This document shows positions 1 through 9,677 of a DNA stretch of 64,000 bases, in pieces. The notes beneath the pieces were generated by a model. That model searched no databases and had not been told where the DNA came from. It saw only the letters and a list, made by a program, of their open reading frames with translations. Source of the stretch: an uncultured Methanomicrobiaceae archaeon. GTDB lineage: Archaea > Halobacteriota > Methanomicrobia > Methanomicrobiales > Methanoculleaceae. A program made the translations under genes and the position numbers. The first letter of the stretch is position 1, and each line of letters opens with the position of its first letter. The stretch lies in assembly GCA_963826525.1 (NCBI GenBank), contig CAWGXH010000004.1, positions 1,312,001-1,376,000 on the forward strand. Reading direction: 5' to 3'.

Positions 1-56
1 AAACTCCACGCAATGCACAACCTAATGTATTTAATTACGTAATATAACTGATAATT

Positions 57-936
57 ATGGATTTGTCCCTCATTCAGAAAGATATCCTGATAACTCTTAT
101 TACTCTATATCATCAGTCGTCTCACTCTATAAAAGGTGAGGAGATCGCGGAGGTTCTCAAGCGAAACCCCGGGACTGTCCGCAACCAGATGCAGGCGTTA
201 AAAGCGCTCGGCCTCGTCGAAGGAGTGCCGGGGCCAAAGGGTGGGTATACCCCAACCGCCATGGCGTACCGGGAACTCAACCTCGTTGACTACGAGCACC
301 AGTCGGATGTTCCTATCGCTCGCGGCGGGGAGACGGTGACGGGGAGTGCGGGTTGCCGAGCTCGATTTTACAACGCTCTGCCACCCTGACCTCTGCCACG
401 CGGTCGTGAAGATCATCGGGAGCGTGAAACACTTCAAGGTCGGCGACCTCATCACCATCGGGCCGACGCCCGTCAATAAGCTGCTCGTCCGGGGAGAAGT
501 ATACGGTATGGATGAGAACCTCCCGGCGCTTCTGATCAGCATCTCCGAGATGATCTCTCTTCCAAAGCAGCCTATCAAGACATTCATGAGCGCCCCGCTG
601 CTCACCCTCTCTCACGACGACACGTTCCGGGATGCGGTGCGCCTCTTCAGCGCACACCGTATCCACGGGGCCCCGGTCATGAACGATGCCGAGCTCGTGG
701 GCATCGTTACGATAAGCGATATCATCCGGGGACTCGACGAGGGGATGACGATGGATACCGGCGTGACGGCGGTGATGACGACCGATGTGGTGAAGGCGCC
801 GTCGAACATCCGGATATTCGAACTGGTCGGTCGGTTCAAAGAACGGGAGATCGGACGGCTGATTGTCATGGAAGACGGCAAGCCCGTGGGTATCGTTACA
901 CAGTCCGACATCATCCGGGTGTTTCCCTCACTTTGA
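57..936 (+). CDS. Winged-helix + tandem CBS domain putative transcriptional regulator (frameshifted near 341-344)
   Basis: ORF 57..389 has an HTH (IKGEEIAEVLKRNPGTVRNQMQALKALGLVEGVPGPKGGY); ORF 346..936 continues into a CBS pair. Removing one G from gggg at 341-344 joins them. Confidence 0.8.
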
Positions 937-1082
937 TACCCTCTCCCTCGGGAAATTCGCCCGTGAACCCCGCTGACGACGGATAAGTATTTATATGAGT
1001 ATTCATATGTTGGTTCTGTAAACCGAGTCTCTGGGACAGAGTACATTTCCGAGAGCTCGAGCGAAAAGGGGGATATGAGATC

Positions 1083-1292
1083 ATGACTGATTTACCACTG
1101 GCACCTGTTGGCAGAATCGTAAAGAAATCCGGCGCTGAACGCGTCAGCTCCGATGCAAACGAAGAACTCGCAAAACTGATGGAGGCCTATGCCTCGAAGA
1201 TCGCAAAAGAGGCGATCAAGCTTGCCGGGCATGCGGGGAGGAAGACGGTCAAGGCGACTGACGTCCGGATGGCCGCCGAGACTGTAAAATAA
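1083..1292 (+). CDS. Archaeal histone (HMf family)
   Basis: 69 aa; LPLAPVGRIVK, ERVS and HAGRKTVKATD histone-fold signatures. Confidence 0.95.
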   Translation: MTDLPLAPVGRIVKKSGAERVSSDANEELAKLMEAYASKIAKEAIKLAGHAGRKTVKATDVRMAAETVK

Positions 1293-1369
1293 TAATCCCA
1301 ATTCTTTCTTCATTTACAGATTCCGGCATTTTGGAACAGTTTATATAGTACAACATACCCATCTTGGGT

Positions 1370-1627
1370 ATGAGCAAAACCTTCTGCCGTGTCTTAGCCA
1401 AAAAGAGAGTGATGAGCAATGATGGAATGCTCATCGGCACCATCAAGAATATCATGGTGGACATCGGGACTGGTCAGGTTGTGGATCTTATCGTCAAACC
1501 GGACGACTCTTTCAAGACTGACGGTTACCGGATGGACGGCGACAAGATGTTCGTCCCCTTCGAGGCCGTAAAAGATATTAAGGATTATATCGTGGTCGAT
1601 CGCTATCTGCTGAAGAAATCGGCGTAA
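1370..1627 (+). CDS. PRC-barrel domain protein
   Basis: KRVMSNDGMLIGTIKNIMVDIGTGQVVDLIV...VPFEAVKDIKDYIVV; ATG at 1370. Confidence 0.85.
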   Translation: MSKTFCRVLAKKRVMSNDGMLIGTIKNIMVDIGTGQVVDLIVKPDDSFKTDGYRMDGDKMFVPFEAVKDIKDYIVVDRYLLKKSA

Positions 1628-2307
1628 TACTTTTTTACCGCTTCGACAAATCCGTCACCGTATTTCTCTTCCGAGACGAAGTCGGCGGCCGCGCGGGTCA
1701 TCTCTGTGGAGTTTGCAACGGCAACGCCGACACCTGCTGCCCGGATCATCTCGATATCGTTCTCCGAGTCTCCGACGGCCATGATCTCGGCCGGGGATAT
1801 TCCCATCAGATCGGCAAGTTCGCGAAGAGCGGTGCCCTTGTTCACGCCGAGAACCTGGAGGTGAACGGCAAATCCGGTGTCGAGAACCCGTACCGGGAAG
1901 GCGTGGTCGCGGATCACCCGCCGGGCCTCGTCGACGTCGACGTTCCGCGCAAAGGCGACATCGGCGAACCGGTAGTCGGGGCTGTAGAGTTCAAGGTCTG
2001 TACCCTTCGCTGAAAAATGAGCCTGCAGGATGGAGAGAGCATCCCGGCATACCGTCTGGTCGCCGGCGACCTGGAGGGTGCCGTCGAAGTAGCGGCGGTA
2101 TACCCCTCCGTTCTCACCGATGATGGTGCCGTTCGTCCCTATCATCTTGCAGAGCCCGTCCATGAGGCAGACGGTGTTGCCGCTCGCTATGACCACGTCG
2201 ACTCCGCCGTCGACGAGGGTGCGGATACATTCGATGGCTGCGGTGTTGATCCGCCGGCGCGAGTCGGTGATAGTGCCGTCAACGTCAGTGACGAGCGCTT
2301 TTAGCAC
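1603..2307 (-). CDS. Archaeal phosphoglycolate phosphatase (HAD/Cof-like)
   Basis: DVDGTIT, NKG and GDSEND HAD motifs. Confidence 0.9.
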   Translation of the reverse strand: MLKALVTDVDGTITDSRRRINTAAIECIRTLVDGGVDVVIASGNTVCLMDGLCKMIGTNGTIIGENGGVYRRYFDGTLQVAGDQTVCRDALSILQAHFSAKGTDLELYSPDYRFADVAFARNVDVDEARRVIRDHAFPVRVLDTGFAVHLQVLGVNKGTALRELADLMGISPAEIMAVGDSENDIEMIRAAGVGVAVANSTEMTRAAADFVSEEKYGDGFVEAVKKYYADFFSR

Positions 2308-3275
2308 GGTTTGATCCCTGCCATCTCGACCATGAACGCAGCCTCTCCTTCGGGAAGGTTCGGGCTGTCTACGAGACGGGCGACGCGTTTGCCCGCTTTG
2401 CTCTTCCGGAGATAGAGCCGGAACGTTGCGGTATGTCCGACAATATTGCCGCCGATGGGCTTTGTCGGGTCGCCGAAGAGCACGGCGGGATTCGACATGA
2501 CCTGGTTTGTCACGAGCCCGACGGCATTGTGTTCGTCGATCAGCTTGAGAAGGTCGTGCATGTGCCGGTTCAGCTTCTGCTGCCGTGCAGCAAGTGTTCC
2601 CCTGCCGGCATACTCCGACCGGAAGAGCGACGTCAACGAATCGATGATGAAGAGCCGCACCGGACGATCGGATGTGCGCAGTTCGTTTGCAAGCTCCCGT
2701 GCGGATTCGATCAGCAGCATCTGGTGGTCGGAACTGTGCGCCCGTGCCACATGAATCCTGCTGAGCACTTCATCGAGCGTGCCGAGATCGGCATCGACAT
2801 CGAGGCCGTTCAACATCTGCTCGATACGCTCCGGTCGGAACGTATTCTCGGTATCGATGTAGACGGCGCTTCCGTTGAGGCCGCCGAGGTCGACAGGGAG
2901 CTGGACGTTGACCGCGAGCTGATGGACGAGCTGACTCTTTCCGGAACCGAACTCGCCGTATACCTCCGTGATCGCCTGGGTTTCAAGGCCGCCCCCCACC
3001 AGTGCGTCGAATTCGGGAACAAGGGTGCTGAGTTTCCGGACATCTTTGCGCTTGTCGAGGATGTCGCGTCCCGTCTTGAACGTGCCGATATCGGCCATCT
3101 TCCGGGCTGCCTGGATCAGTTTCTTTGCGGTCGACTCCCCTATCTCGGCAGCCTCCGCAAGGTCGGAGGTGGTTGCCGTAGCGATCCCCTCGACGGTTCC
3201 GTATCCTGCTTCGCGAAGTTTTTCGGCAATAGTGGGTCCGACACCCGGTAAATCTTCCAGATCAATCTCTGTCAT
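2301..3275 (-). CDS. radA: DNA repair and recombination protein RadA
   Basis: N-terminal HhH (LEDLPGVGP), Walker [28 protein letters not shown]; no intein. Confidence 0.97.
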   Translation of the reverse strand: MTEIDLEDLPGVGPTIAEKLREAGYGTVEGIATATTSDLAEAAEIGESTAKKLIQAARKMADIGTFKTGRDILDKRKDVRKLSTLVPEFDALVGGGLETQAITEVYGEFGSGKSQLVHQLAVNVQLPVDLGGLNGSAVYIDTENTFRPERIEQMLNGLDVDADLGTLDEVLSRIHVARAHSSDHQMLLIESARELANELRTSDRPVRLFIIDSLTSLFRSEYAGRGTLAARQQKLNRHMHDLLKLIDEHNAVGLVTNQVMSNPAVLFGDPTKPIGGNIVGHTATFRLYLRKSKAGKRVARLVDSPNLPEGEAAFMVEMAGIKPC

Positions 3276-3392
3276 ATGATTCCTCACTTGATCTCTTGTG
3301 TAGTCCTTCTGCTGTGCTACGTATACTATTTGTAGGGAACCATAAAGGTCGATGGCCTTGCGGGGTGAAAGTGAAAAATTCCCGTACCCGGG

Positions 3393-4676
3393 TTACGGGA
3401 TCAGCCGCTCCGCCCGGTCTGCAAGACCCTTCAGATCCGGTGTGACGGGCTCGTACTCCCGGACGGTGATCCGTTTGCGGTGAAGAGCGCCCCTGACTCG
3501 GACATCGAAGCCGACGGGGAGCGGCAGATCAAGGAGGTAACACCCGTCGGCGGTATCGAGACAGAGACCGAGGTCTGTCCGGATGACCGTCCCGGTAAGA
3601 TCGATCTCCTCTTCCGTGCCGCTCCGGATAAGAAACGCGCTCCCCCTGCCGAGGCTGAGTTCGAGGCCCCCGTATCGGCCGGGGCGTGCGGCCACGTTGA
3701 AGACCTCAAGAGCGTCTCCGGGAACCAGGTGCGCCTGCGCCTCCTCTCCCCAGAGGACGAGGGCGATCTCGCCGGTCGCGTCGGCGACGACCAGGTTTCG
3801 CACCCAGGACCGCCTGCCGTCCCGCGTGGTGAAACTGCGTGGAGGCTGGATGGTTACAATGCGCCCGGTCACTGAGTAGATTCCCCCGTCCCGCACCTCT
3901 GCTATGGGAGTGGTCGGGACGTCGATCTCGGCGGTATCCGCCGTCACGGTTGCGGACTCGCCGAGGCTGTACTCCACGCCCTGCTCTCCTGTCTTTACCG
4001 TTGCCCCGGCGATCCTGACCGCGGTGCCCGGTTCGAACCCTTCGAGGAGAGAGGGTACCCAGGCGACAAGGCGGCCGACGCCGGCGGCGTCCCCGATCAC
4101 CGCCTCGACCATCTCGCCGGGTGTGCCGTCGCGCCGGGTGAACGTCCGCAGGGGTTTTACAGCGATCAGTTTGACCAGCAGGTCTTCGCTCTGGGAGGAT
4201 GTCCGCATCTCTGCTCCGCCCGCCGTCCCGGTGCAGGTTATCTCGCAGGCAGCCTTCTGTAGTGCGGTAGCGTGGACCTCCGCGGGTGCCCCCCCCTTCG
4301 GCCGCCCGAGGATCTCGAGGACGTCGCCGATCTCGATCTCGCCCGCAGCTTCGGCTTTTTCATCCCAGAGGACGACGCGAGCCCTTCCGGTCTCGTCACC
4401 GACGATCAGATTAGCGACGAGACCTTTGGTGCCGTCCGGCCGCTCGAACTCGCGGGGTTTCCCGAGAGAGAGCACCTTTCCAAAGAAACAGACGAGGCTC
4501 GACTCCGGTGCGAGCCCCTGGATCCTGACGTGGGCGCGGCCCATATCCCGGACGACGAGCATGGCGGCGGTCTGCTCGTCCAGAAGATCGCCGGACGCGC
4601 CTATCCGCTCCTCTACCTGCTGTTCGAACGCTTTGCGACTGATGAGATCGTCAACCAGGAGGTAGTGGAACTGCAT
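3393..4676 (-). CDS. Replication protein A / multi-OB-fold ssDNA-binding protein
   Basis: Repeated OB folds (GDETGRARVVLW, ADATGEIALVLW); next to radA. Confidence 0.85.
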   Translation of the reverse strand: MQFHYLLVDDLISRKAFEQQVEERIGASGDLLDEQTAAMLVVRDMGRAHVRIQGLAPESSLVCFFGKVLSLGKPREFERPDGTKGLVANLIVGDETGRARVVLWDEKAEAAGEIEIGDVLEILGRPKGGAPAEVHATALQKAACEITCTGTAGGAEMRTSSQSEDLLVKLIAVKPLRTFTRRDGTPGEMVEAVIGDAAGVGRLVAWVPSLLEGFEPGTAVRIAGATVKTGEQGVEYSLGESATVTADTAEIDVPTTPIAEVRDGGIYSVTGRIVTIQPPRSFTTRDGRRSWVRNLVVADATGEIALVLWGEEAQAHLVPGDALEVFNVAARPGRYGGLELSLGRGSAFLIRSGTEEEIDLTGTVIRTDLGLCLDTADGCYLLDLPLPVGFDVRVRGALHRKRITVREYEPVTPDLKGLADRAERLIP

Positions 4677-4692
4677 GCGGCTCGTCTCCTGA

Positions 4693-5985
4693 CTACTGCT
4701 GCCACGCCGGCCGCTGCATCGGTGCCGTCAGGTCGTCGATAGATTCCGCCCGGCGCATGAGTGTCGCATCCTCTCCCCGGACGATCACTTCCGCAGAGCG
4801 CGGTCTGCTGTTGTACTGCGACGACATGGCAAATCCGTACGCCCCCGTATCGAGGACGGCGATGAGATCGCCTGCGGCGAGGGTGGGCAGCATCCGGTCT
4901 TTGGCGAGGATATCGCCGGTCTCGCAGATCGGGCCTGCGATGGTATACTCCTGCTCTAGAGGGGCGTCCGCTTTATTCGCTGCAACGACCGTATGGTAGG
5001 AGTCGTACATGACCGGCCGCACCAGCAGGTTGAACCCGGCATCGACGTTCGCGAAGGTCTTGTGCGCCTCTTTGACGGAGTTTACCCGGGTTACGAGGAT
5101 CGTGGAGTCGGCGACGAGCGATCTCCCCGGCTCGACCCAGAGTTCGGGCTCTATACCGATCTTCCGGATCCCTGCAAGGAAGATCGGCATGACGGCGCCC
5201 GCATAGTCCTCTGGTGTCGGTGCGCGGTCGGTCTCGCGCCGGTAGGGGATGCCGAGCCCTCCCCCGATATCGATGAACTGCAGGGTTACTCCCATCTTTG
5301 AGAGTTCCCCGGCGAGCTCGATAACGACCTCCATCTCGCGCGCGAAGGGTTCGACCTCAAGGATCTGGGAGCCGATGTGGCAGTGGATGCCGACGGGCTC
5401 GACGTTGCTGCAGGCGAGCGCTTCGCGGTAGGCGTCGAGGATCTGCCCTGCCGGGATGCCGAACTTGCTGGTTGCAAGACCCGTTGCAATCTTCGGGTGA
5501 GTGGGGACCTCGAGCGCCGGGTTGACCCGGAAGGCGATCTCGACGGTCTTCCCTGCAGCCTCTGCCGCAGCGTTCAGCTGCCGGAGTTCGTCGAACGAGT
5601 CGACCGAGACCCGTATGCCCTCTTTTACCGCGAGGGCGAGATCGGCGGCGCTCTTTGAGCTCCCGTTGAAGAGGAGGAGCCCGGGTTTCATCCCGGCTGA
5701 GAGAGCGAGGTGCAGTTCGCCCGCGGAGAAGACGTCGGCACCGGCGTTCAGCCCGGCGAGGATACGGAAGACTGCGAGGTTGCCGTTCGCCTTTGCCGCG
5801 TAGAGCACCTGGACTTTGTCGTAGTACCCGCCGAGCGCCTCTGCAAGACGCTGATAGTTCTCCCGGATCCGGTCTTCGTCGGTGACGTAGAGCGGCGTGC
5901 CGTACTGCTCCGCGAGCTCTACCGTATCGTGGCTGCCGATGACGAGGTGGCCGCCCCTGACGGTGAGGTGGGACGGGAGTATCAT
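4693..5985 (-). CDS. lysA: Diaminopimelate decarboxylase
   Basis: [29 protein letters not shown]...YNSRPR. Confidence 0.96.
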   Translation of the reverse strand: MILPSHLTVRGGHLVIGSHDTVELAEQYGTPLYVTDEDRIRENYQRLAEALGGYYDKVQVLYAAKANGNLAVFRILAGLNAGADVFSAGELHLALSAGMKPGLLLFNGSSKSAADLALAVKEGIRVSVDSFDELRQLNAAAEAAGKTVEIAFRVNPALEVPTHPKIATGLATSKFGIPAGQILDAYREALACSNVEPVGIHCHIGSQILEVEPFAREMEVVIELAGELSKMGVTLQFIDIGGGLGIPYRRETDRAPTPEDYAGAVMPIFLAGIRKIGIEPELWVEPGRSLVADSTILVTRVNSVKEAHKTFANVDAGFNLLVRPVMYDSYHTVVAANKADAPLEQEYTIAGPICETGDILAKDRMLPTLAAGDLIAVLDTGAYGFAMSSQYNSRPRSAEVIVRGEDATLMRRAESIDDLTAPMQRPAWQQ

Positions 5986-7130
5986 AGATTCATCTCCCGC
6001 ATCCGCCCGACCGCTTCTTCTATCCGCTCCACGGACCGGGTGATGGCGAACCTGACGTAGCCGTCGCCGTGGGTGCCGAACCCGACGCCGGGTGTCGCTA
6101 CGATGCCCGCCTGATCGAGGAGCCGTGCGGCGAATTTCATGCTGTCGTCGACGGCCATCCAGACATAGAACGTCGCTTTCGGCGACGAGACCTCAAAGCC
6201 CATCTCCGAGAGGCCTTTCACGAGGACGTCCCTCCGTTCCTCGTATATCTCGCACGCGTTTTTAACGCAGTCCTGCGGCCCGGTGAGGGCGGTGATCCCT
6301 GCGTGCTGGATGGCATCGAAAGCACCCGAGTCGATGTTGGTCTTCACCCGACCGAGACCGGCGATGATCTCGGGGTTCCCGCAGGCCATCCCTATACGCC
6401 ATCCGGTCATGTTGTAGGTCTTTGAGAGCGAGTGCATCTCGATACCGACCTCCATGGCGCCGTCGACTTCGAGGAACGAGGGGGCGGTGTAGCCGTCGAA
6501 GGTTATCTCGGAGTAGGCGTTGTCGTGGACGACGACGATCCCGTTGTCGCGGGCGAAGTCGACGACCTCCGCAAAGAAGGACTTCGGTGCTATTGCCGCC
6601 GTCGGATTGTTCGGGTAGTTGATGAACATCAGTTTCGCCTGTGCGACGACGTCTGCCGGGATATCGTCAAGCACCGGGAGGAAACCGTTCTCGGCGGCGA
6701 GCGGCATCTCGTAAATCTTCCCCTCGGCAAAGAGGGTGGAGGTCTTGTAGACCGGGTAGCCGGGATCTGCGGCGAGCACGTAGTCCCCGGGGTTGACGAA
6801 TGCTTCGGGCACATGGGCTATTCCCTCTTTGGAGCCGATGAGTGCGAGTACTTCGGTCTTCGGGGCAAGGTCGACCCCGAATCTGCCGGCGTACCACGCT
6901 GCCACGGCCTCCCGGTAGGCGAGCATACCGGTATAGGACGGATAGTGGTGGTTCTTTGGATCGCGCGCCGCCGTGCAGAGCGCATCGACGATATGCGCCG
7001 GTGTCGGGAGGTCGGGGTCTCCGACACCGAGGTCGATAACGTCGACACCCTGGCGGATCTTTTCTCCTTTGAGCTCGTCGATGCGTGCGAAAAGGTAGGG
7101 TGGAAGGTGATCCATACGTTGCGAGTACAT
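5982..7130 (-). CDS. dapL: LL-diaminopimelate aminotransferase
   Basis: Class I PLP aminotransferase ([21 protein letters not shown]), overlapping the lysA start. Confidence 0.88.
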   Translation of the reverse strand: MYSQRMDHLPPYLFARIDELKGEKIRQGVDVIDLGVGDPDLPTPAHIVDALCTAARDPKNHHYPSYTGMLAYREAVAAWYAGRFGVDLAPKTEVLALIGSKEGIAHVPEAFVNPGDYVLAADPGYPVYKTSTLFAEGKIYEMPLAAENGFLPVLDDIPADVVAQAKLMFINYPNNPTAAIAPKSFFAEVVDFARDNGIVVVHDNAYSEITFDGYTAPSFLEVDGAMEVGIEMHSLSKTYNMTGWRIGMACGNPEIIAGLGRVKTNIDSGAFDAIQHAGITALTGPQDCVKNACEIYEERRDVLVKGLSEMGFEVSSPKATFYVWMAVDDSMKFAARLLDQAGIVATPGVGFGTHGDGYVRFAITRSVERIEEAVGRMREMNL

Positions 7131-7365
7131 TATCAGATCATTGCACACGAATCCCTATGTAAGTTTTGTACGGTTTTGATTGCATTTCAAAGAGTGGCGG
7201 GGCGGAATGATTCTTCTTTTCTCCCCCGCCCCGCCGCATGGGATCGGAGGGTCCGCTCAGTACCCGTGGTACCGCCGGCGCTGGAGTTCCCGATATGCGG
7301 TCAGGGCGATGTCCCGGGAAGGCTGCCCGCTGCGGTCGGCAGCGCGACGAATTTAAATACGGACG

Positions 7366-7701
7366 ATGAAAGAGATTGAATATATGGCTCCCCCCGAGTA
7401 TGTGGTGGTCTTCTGCACGGCTCCGGTGGCCGATGCGAAGGCGATTGCAGAGGCACTGGTCGACGCACGGTTGGCGGCATGCGTGAATATCACCGAGGTC
7501 GATTCGTGCTTCCGGTGGAAAGGAGACGTCTGCAACGAGCCCGAGCAGCTCCTCATCATCAAGACCCGCTACGATCTGATCGATCCGCTGATAGCCCGGA
7601 TTCGCGGGATGCACAGTTATGAGCTCCCGGAGATCATCGCTCTCCCCATCGTGGGCGGGTATGCCCCGTATCTCGACTGGATAGGAGAGGAGGCGGGCTG
7701 A
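7366..7701 (+). CDS. cutA: Divalent-cation tolerance protein CutA
   Basis: LVDARLAACVNI, FRWKG, HSYELPEII; true start may be 7384. Confidence 0.92.
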   Translation: MKEIEYMAPPEYVVVFCTAPVADAKAIAEALVDARLAACVNITEVDSCFRWKGDVCNEPEQLLIIKTRYDLIDPLIARIRGMHSYELPEIIALPIVGGYAPYLDWIGEEAG

Positions 7702-8450
7702 TGGATCTCTCCTGCTTTACCGGCATTCAGGTGAAAGGGGATACGGCGGCGGAGATCCACGACGATGTCATCGTCGAGGATCACTTCCGCCTCTTCTTCA
7801 ACGGCCGGTACCTCACGACGCTGGTTGCAAGCCCCGACCGTCTCGAGGACCTCGGTGCGGGCTTTATCATCTGCGAGGGGCTCTCCGATGAGATAGGTTC
7901 GATGAACGTCACCGGGAACGATATCTACGTCTCCGCCGTCCCGAGAAAGGATATCAACCTCGAGATCGAATCATCAGGTGGATTCCGGGTCATGGGTGAG
8001 GCGAAGACGGTCGAATCGTCGATCGAGATAACCCCGGACAGTATCCATGCGGTGACGGGAGCGATCGAGTCCGAGACCTGGCGGCGCACGGGCGGCGTCC
8101 ACTGTTCGGTGCTCTTCTGCGGAGGCGACCTGATCACCCGCGCATGTGACGTCGGGCGGCACAATACCCTCGACAAGGTGGTCGGCTATGCCGCGCGGGG
8201 CGGGCTTGACCGGTCGCAGTGCATCGTCGGCTGTACCGGGAGGCAGCCCGCGGGGATGGTGGCGAAGGTTGCGAACGCCGGCATTCCCATCATCGTCTCC
8301 CGTGCTGCATCCACCGACCGGGGGATCCGGGCTGCAGACCGGGCGGGTATCACGCTCATCTGCTTCTCGCGGGGTGATCGCTTCACCATCTATACGCACC
8401 CAGAAAGGGTGCCGGACGTCCTCGAACGAATGAGAAAGGTGGTTATATGA
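7701..8450 (+). CDS. fdhD: Formate dehydrogenase accessory sulfurtransferase FdhD
   Basis: TGGVH, DVGRHNTLDKVVG, CTGRQPAGMV. Confidence 0.92.
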   Translation: MDLSCFTGIQVKGDTAAEIHDDVIVEDHFRLFFNGRYLTTLVASPDRLEDLGAGFIICEGLSDEIGSMNVTGNDIYVSAVPRKDINLEIESSGGFRVMGEAKTVESSIEITPDSIHAVTGAIESETWRRTGGVHCSVLFCGGDLITRACDVGRHNTLDKVVGYAARGGLDRSQCIVGCTGRQPAGMVAKVANAGIPIIVSRAASTDRGIRAADRAGITLICFSRGDRFTIYTHPERVPDVLERMRKVVI

Positions 8451-8929
8451 CGGAAGAGAATGTAGCCGGGAAGACGGCACTGATCCTGCTCGGGTGCCCG
8501 CAGGTGCCGGTACAGACGAGCGTTGCCCTGTACTGCGCATACCTGCTGAAGCAGAACGGCATCCGCCCGATCATTGCGGGGACGACTGCGGCGCGGAAAC
8601 TTCTGGAGGTTGCCGACCCGGAGCGGCACTACGCAGAGACGCTCGAGGATCTCGACACGGTCATCGGCGAGTTTGCGGAGAAGAAGCGGGACGTCGACTA
8701 CTGCTTCGTCTTCGCCCACAACGACTCCGGCATCGCCTACGCCGGCACCATGGCGTACCTGTCACGGGCGCGGCTCTACGTCCTGCTCTTCGGAGAGCAC
8801 CCGGAGGAGGTCGCTACGGCAATCACATTCCCCTGCGAACAGGTGACGGCAAAAGCTGTTCACAACCCTATGCCGATGAAGAGAAAGATCGATGAGGTGA
8901 TACGATGGGTGGCTGCCTCGAAGCAATGA
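8447..8929 (+). CDS. DUF1890-like methanogen protein
   Basis: LLGCPQVPVQ, ADPERHY, HNDSG, AVHNPMP. Confidence 0.75.
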   Translation: MTEENVAGKTALILLGCPQVPVQTSVALYCAYLLKQNGIRPIIAGTTAARKLLEVADPERHYAETLEDLDTVIGEFAEKKRDVDYCFVFAHNDSGIAYAGTMAYLSRARLYVLLFGEHPEEVATAITFPCEQVTAKAVHNPMPMKRKIDEVIRWVAASKQ

Positions 8930-9183
8930 AACCCGATATACTCCTTTCGCGCTGCTCGTTTATGGAGGCGCGGGAGTACGTCAAGAAGAATATCAGAGAA
9001 TACTATGAAGTGGAGCCGGGCTACAAGATCTTCGACATCCACCTGATCGGTGTTCCACCGCTGCTCGTCGGTATCGACGGAGACGATGTCATCTTCCCGT
9101 ATACCAAGCCCTGCCACGGAACCTTTGTCGTGAAGGTCCCCGGCGGAGATGAGATCGCCAGGCTGCGTGCCCGGCGACGATAA
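8905..9183 (+). CDS. DUF1894-like methanogen protein
   Basis: PGYKIFDIHLIGVPP, FPYTKPCHGTF. Confidence 0.75.
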   Translation: MGGCLEAMKPDILLSRCSFMEAREYVKKNIREYYEVEPGYKIFDIHLIGVPPLLVGIDGDDVIFPYTKPCHGTFVVKVPGGDEIARLRARRR

Positions 9184-9232
9184 CCCGCTTTTTCACCGGT
9201 GGCACCGGCCACCCATAGAGCAATGAGGGTCT

Positions 9233-9364
9233 ATGGAAGAATACTTTTTACGAGATCTGCAACCGATAGATTCCGGAACGACGGCCATCAGAGTCAGCGA
9301 TCTCTCTAATACTCGTGACGGGAGACGCGTCCTTGATGCCGTCTCGTGCGTGGGCGGCGGCTGA
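9233..9364 (+). pseudogene. Possible N-terminal fragment of an ABC ATPase
   Basis: My translation is MEEYF...TAIRVSDLSNTRDGRRVLDAVSCV, resembling an ABC ATPase start but stopping before Walker A. Confidence 0.25.
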
Positions 9365-9677
9365 TGGTGGTCTTTCCGGAAGACGGAAGTATAAATGATG
9401 TGACACGTGTACAGGTACAGGCAGTTCCCTCCCGGCAGTATCCCGCGTATACGCTGCAATTTCTCTCCGCATCGCGCGCATCGGGCTCCGAAAACGCGAG
9501 ATGACGGCTCGGAACGGCTTTGCGCGGGAGAACGCCGGGGAACATCCTGAATGTTCACACCGGTGGTGGCTTTGGCCGCCCCGGGAGCGGGGAGTGGCGA
9601 TCTCTGTCCTCTCCGTGCGTAGATAAACTCGTATATCGCAAAACCGGTTAATAGCACCTGGTTTGCAGGGTGAAAGC

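Noticed and set aside
341-344. Programmed frameshifting or phase variation at the frame breaks
   Set aside because: No shared slippery motif or long homopolymers; many breaks are in non-repetitive sequence
7194-7238. GC-rich inverted repeat in the dapL-cutA intergenic region as a riboswitch or ncRNA
   Set aside because: Only a single hairpin with no recognisable conserved RNA motif
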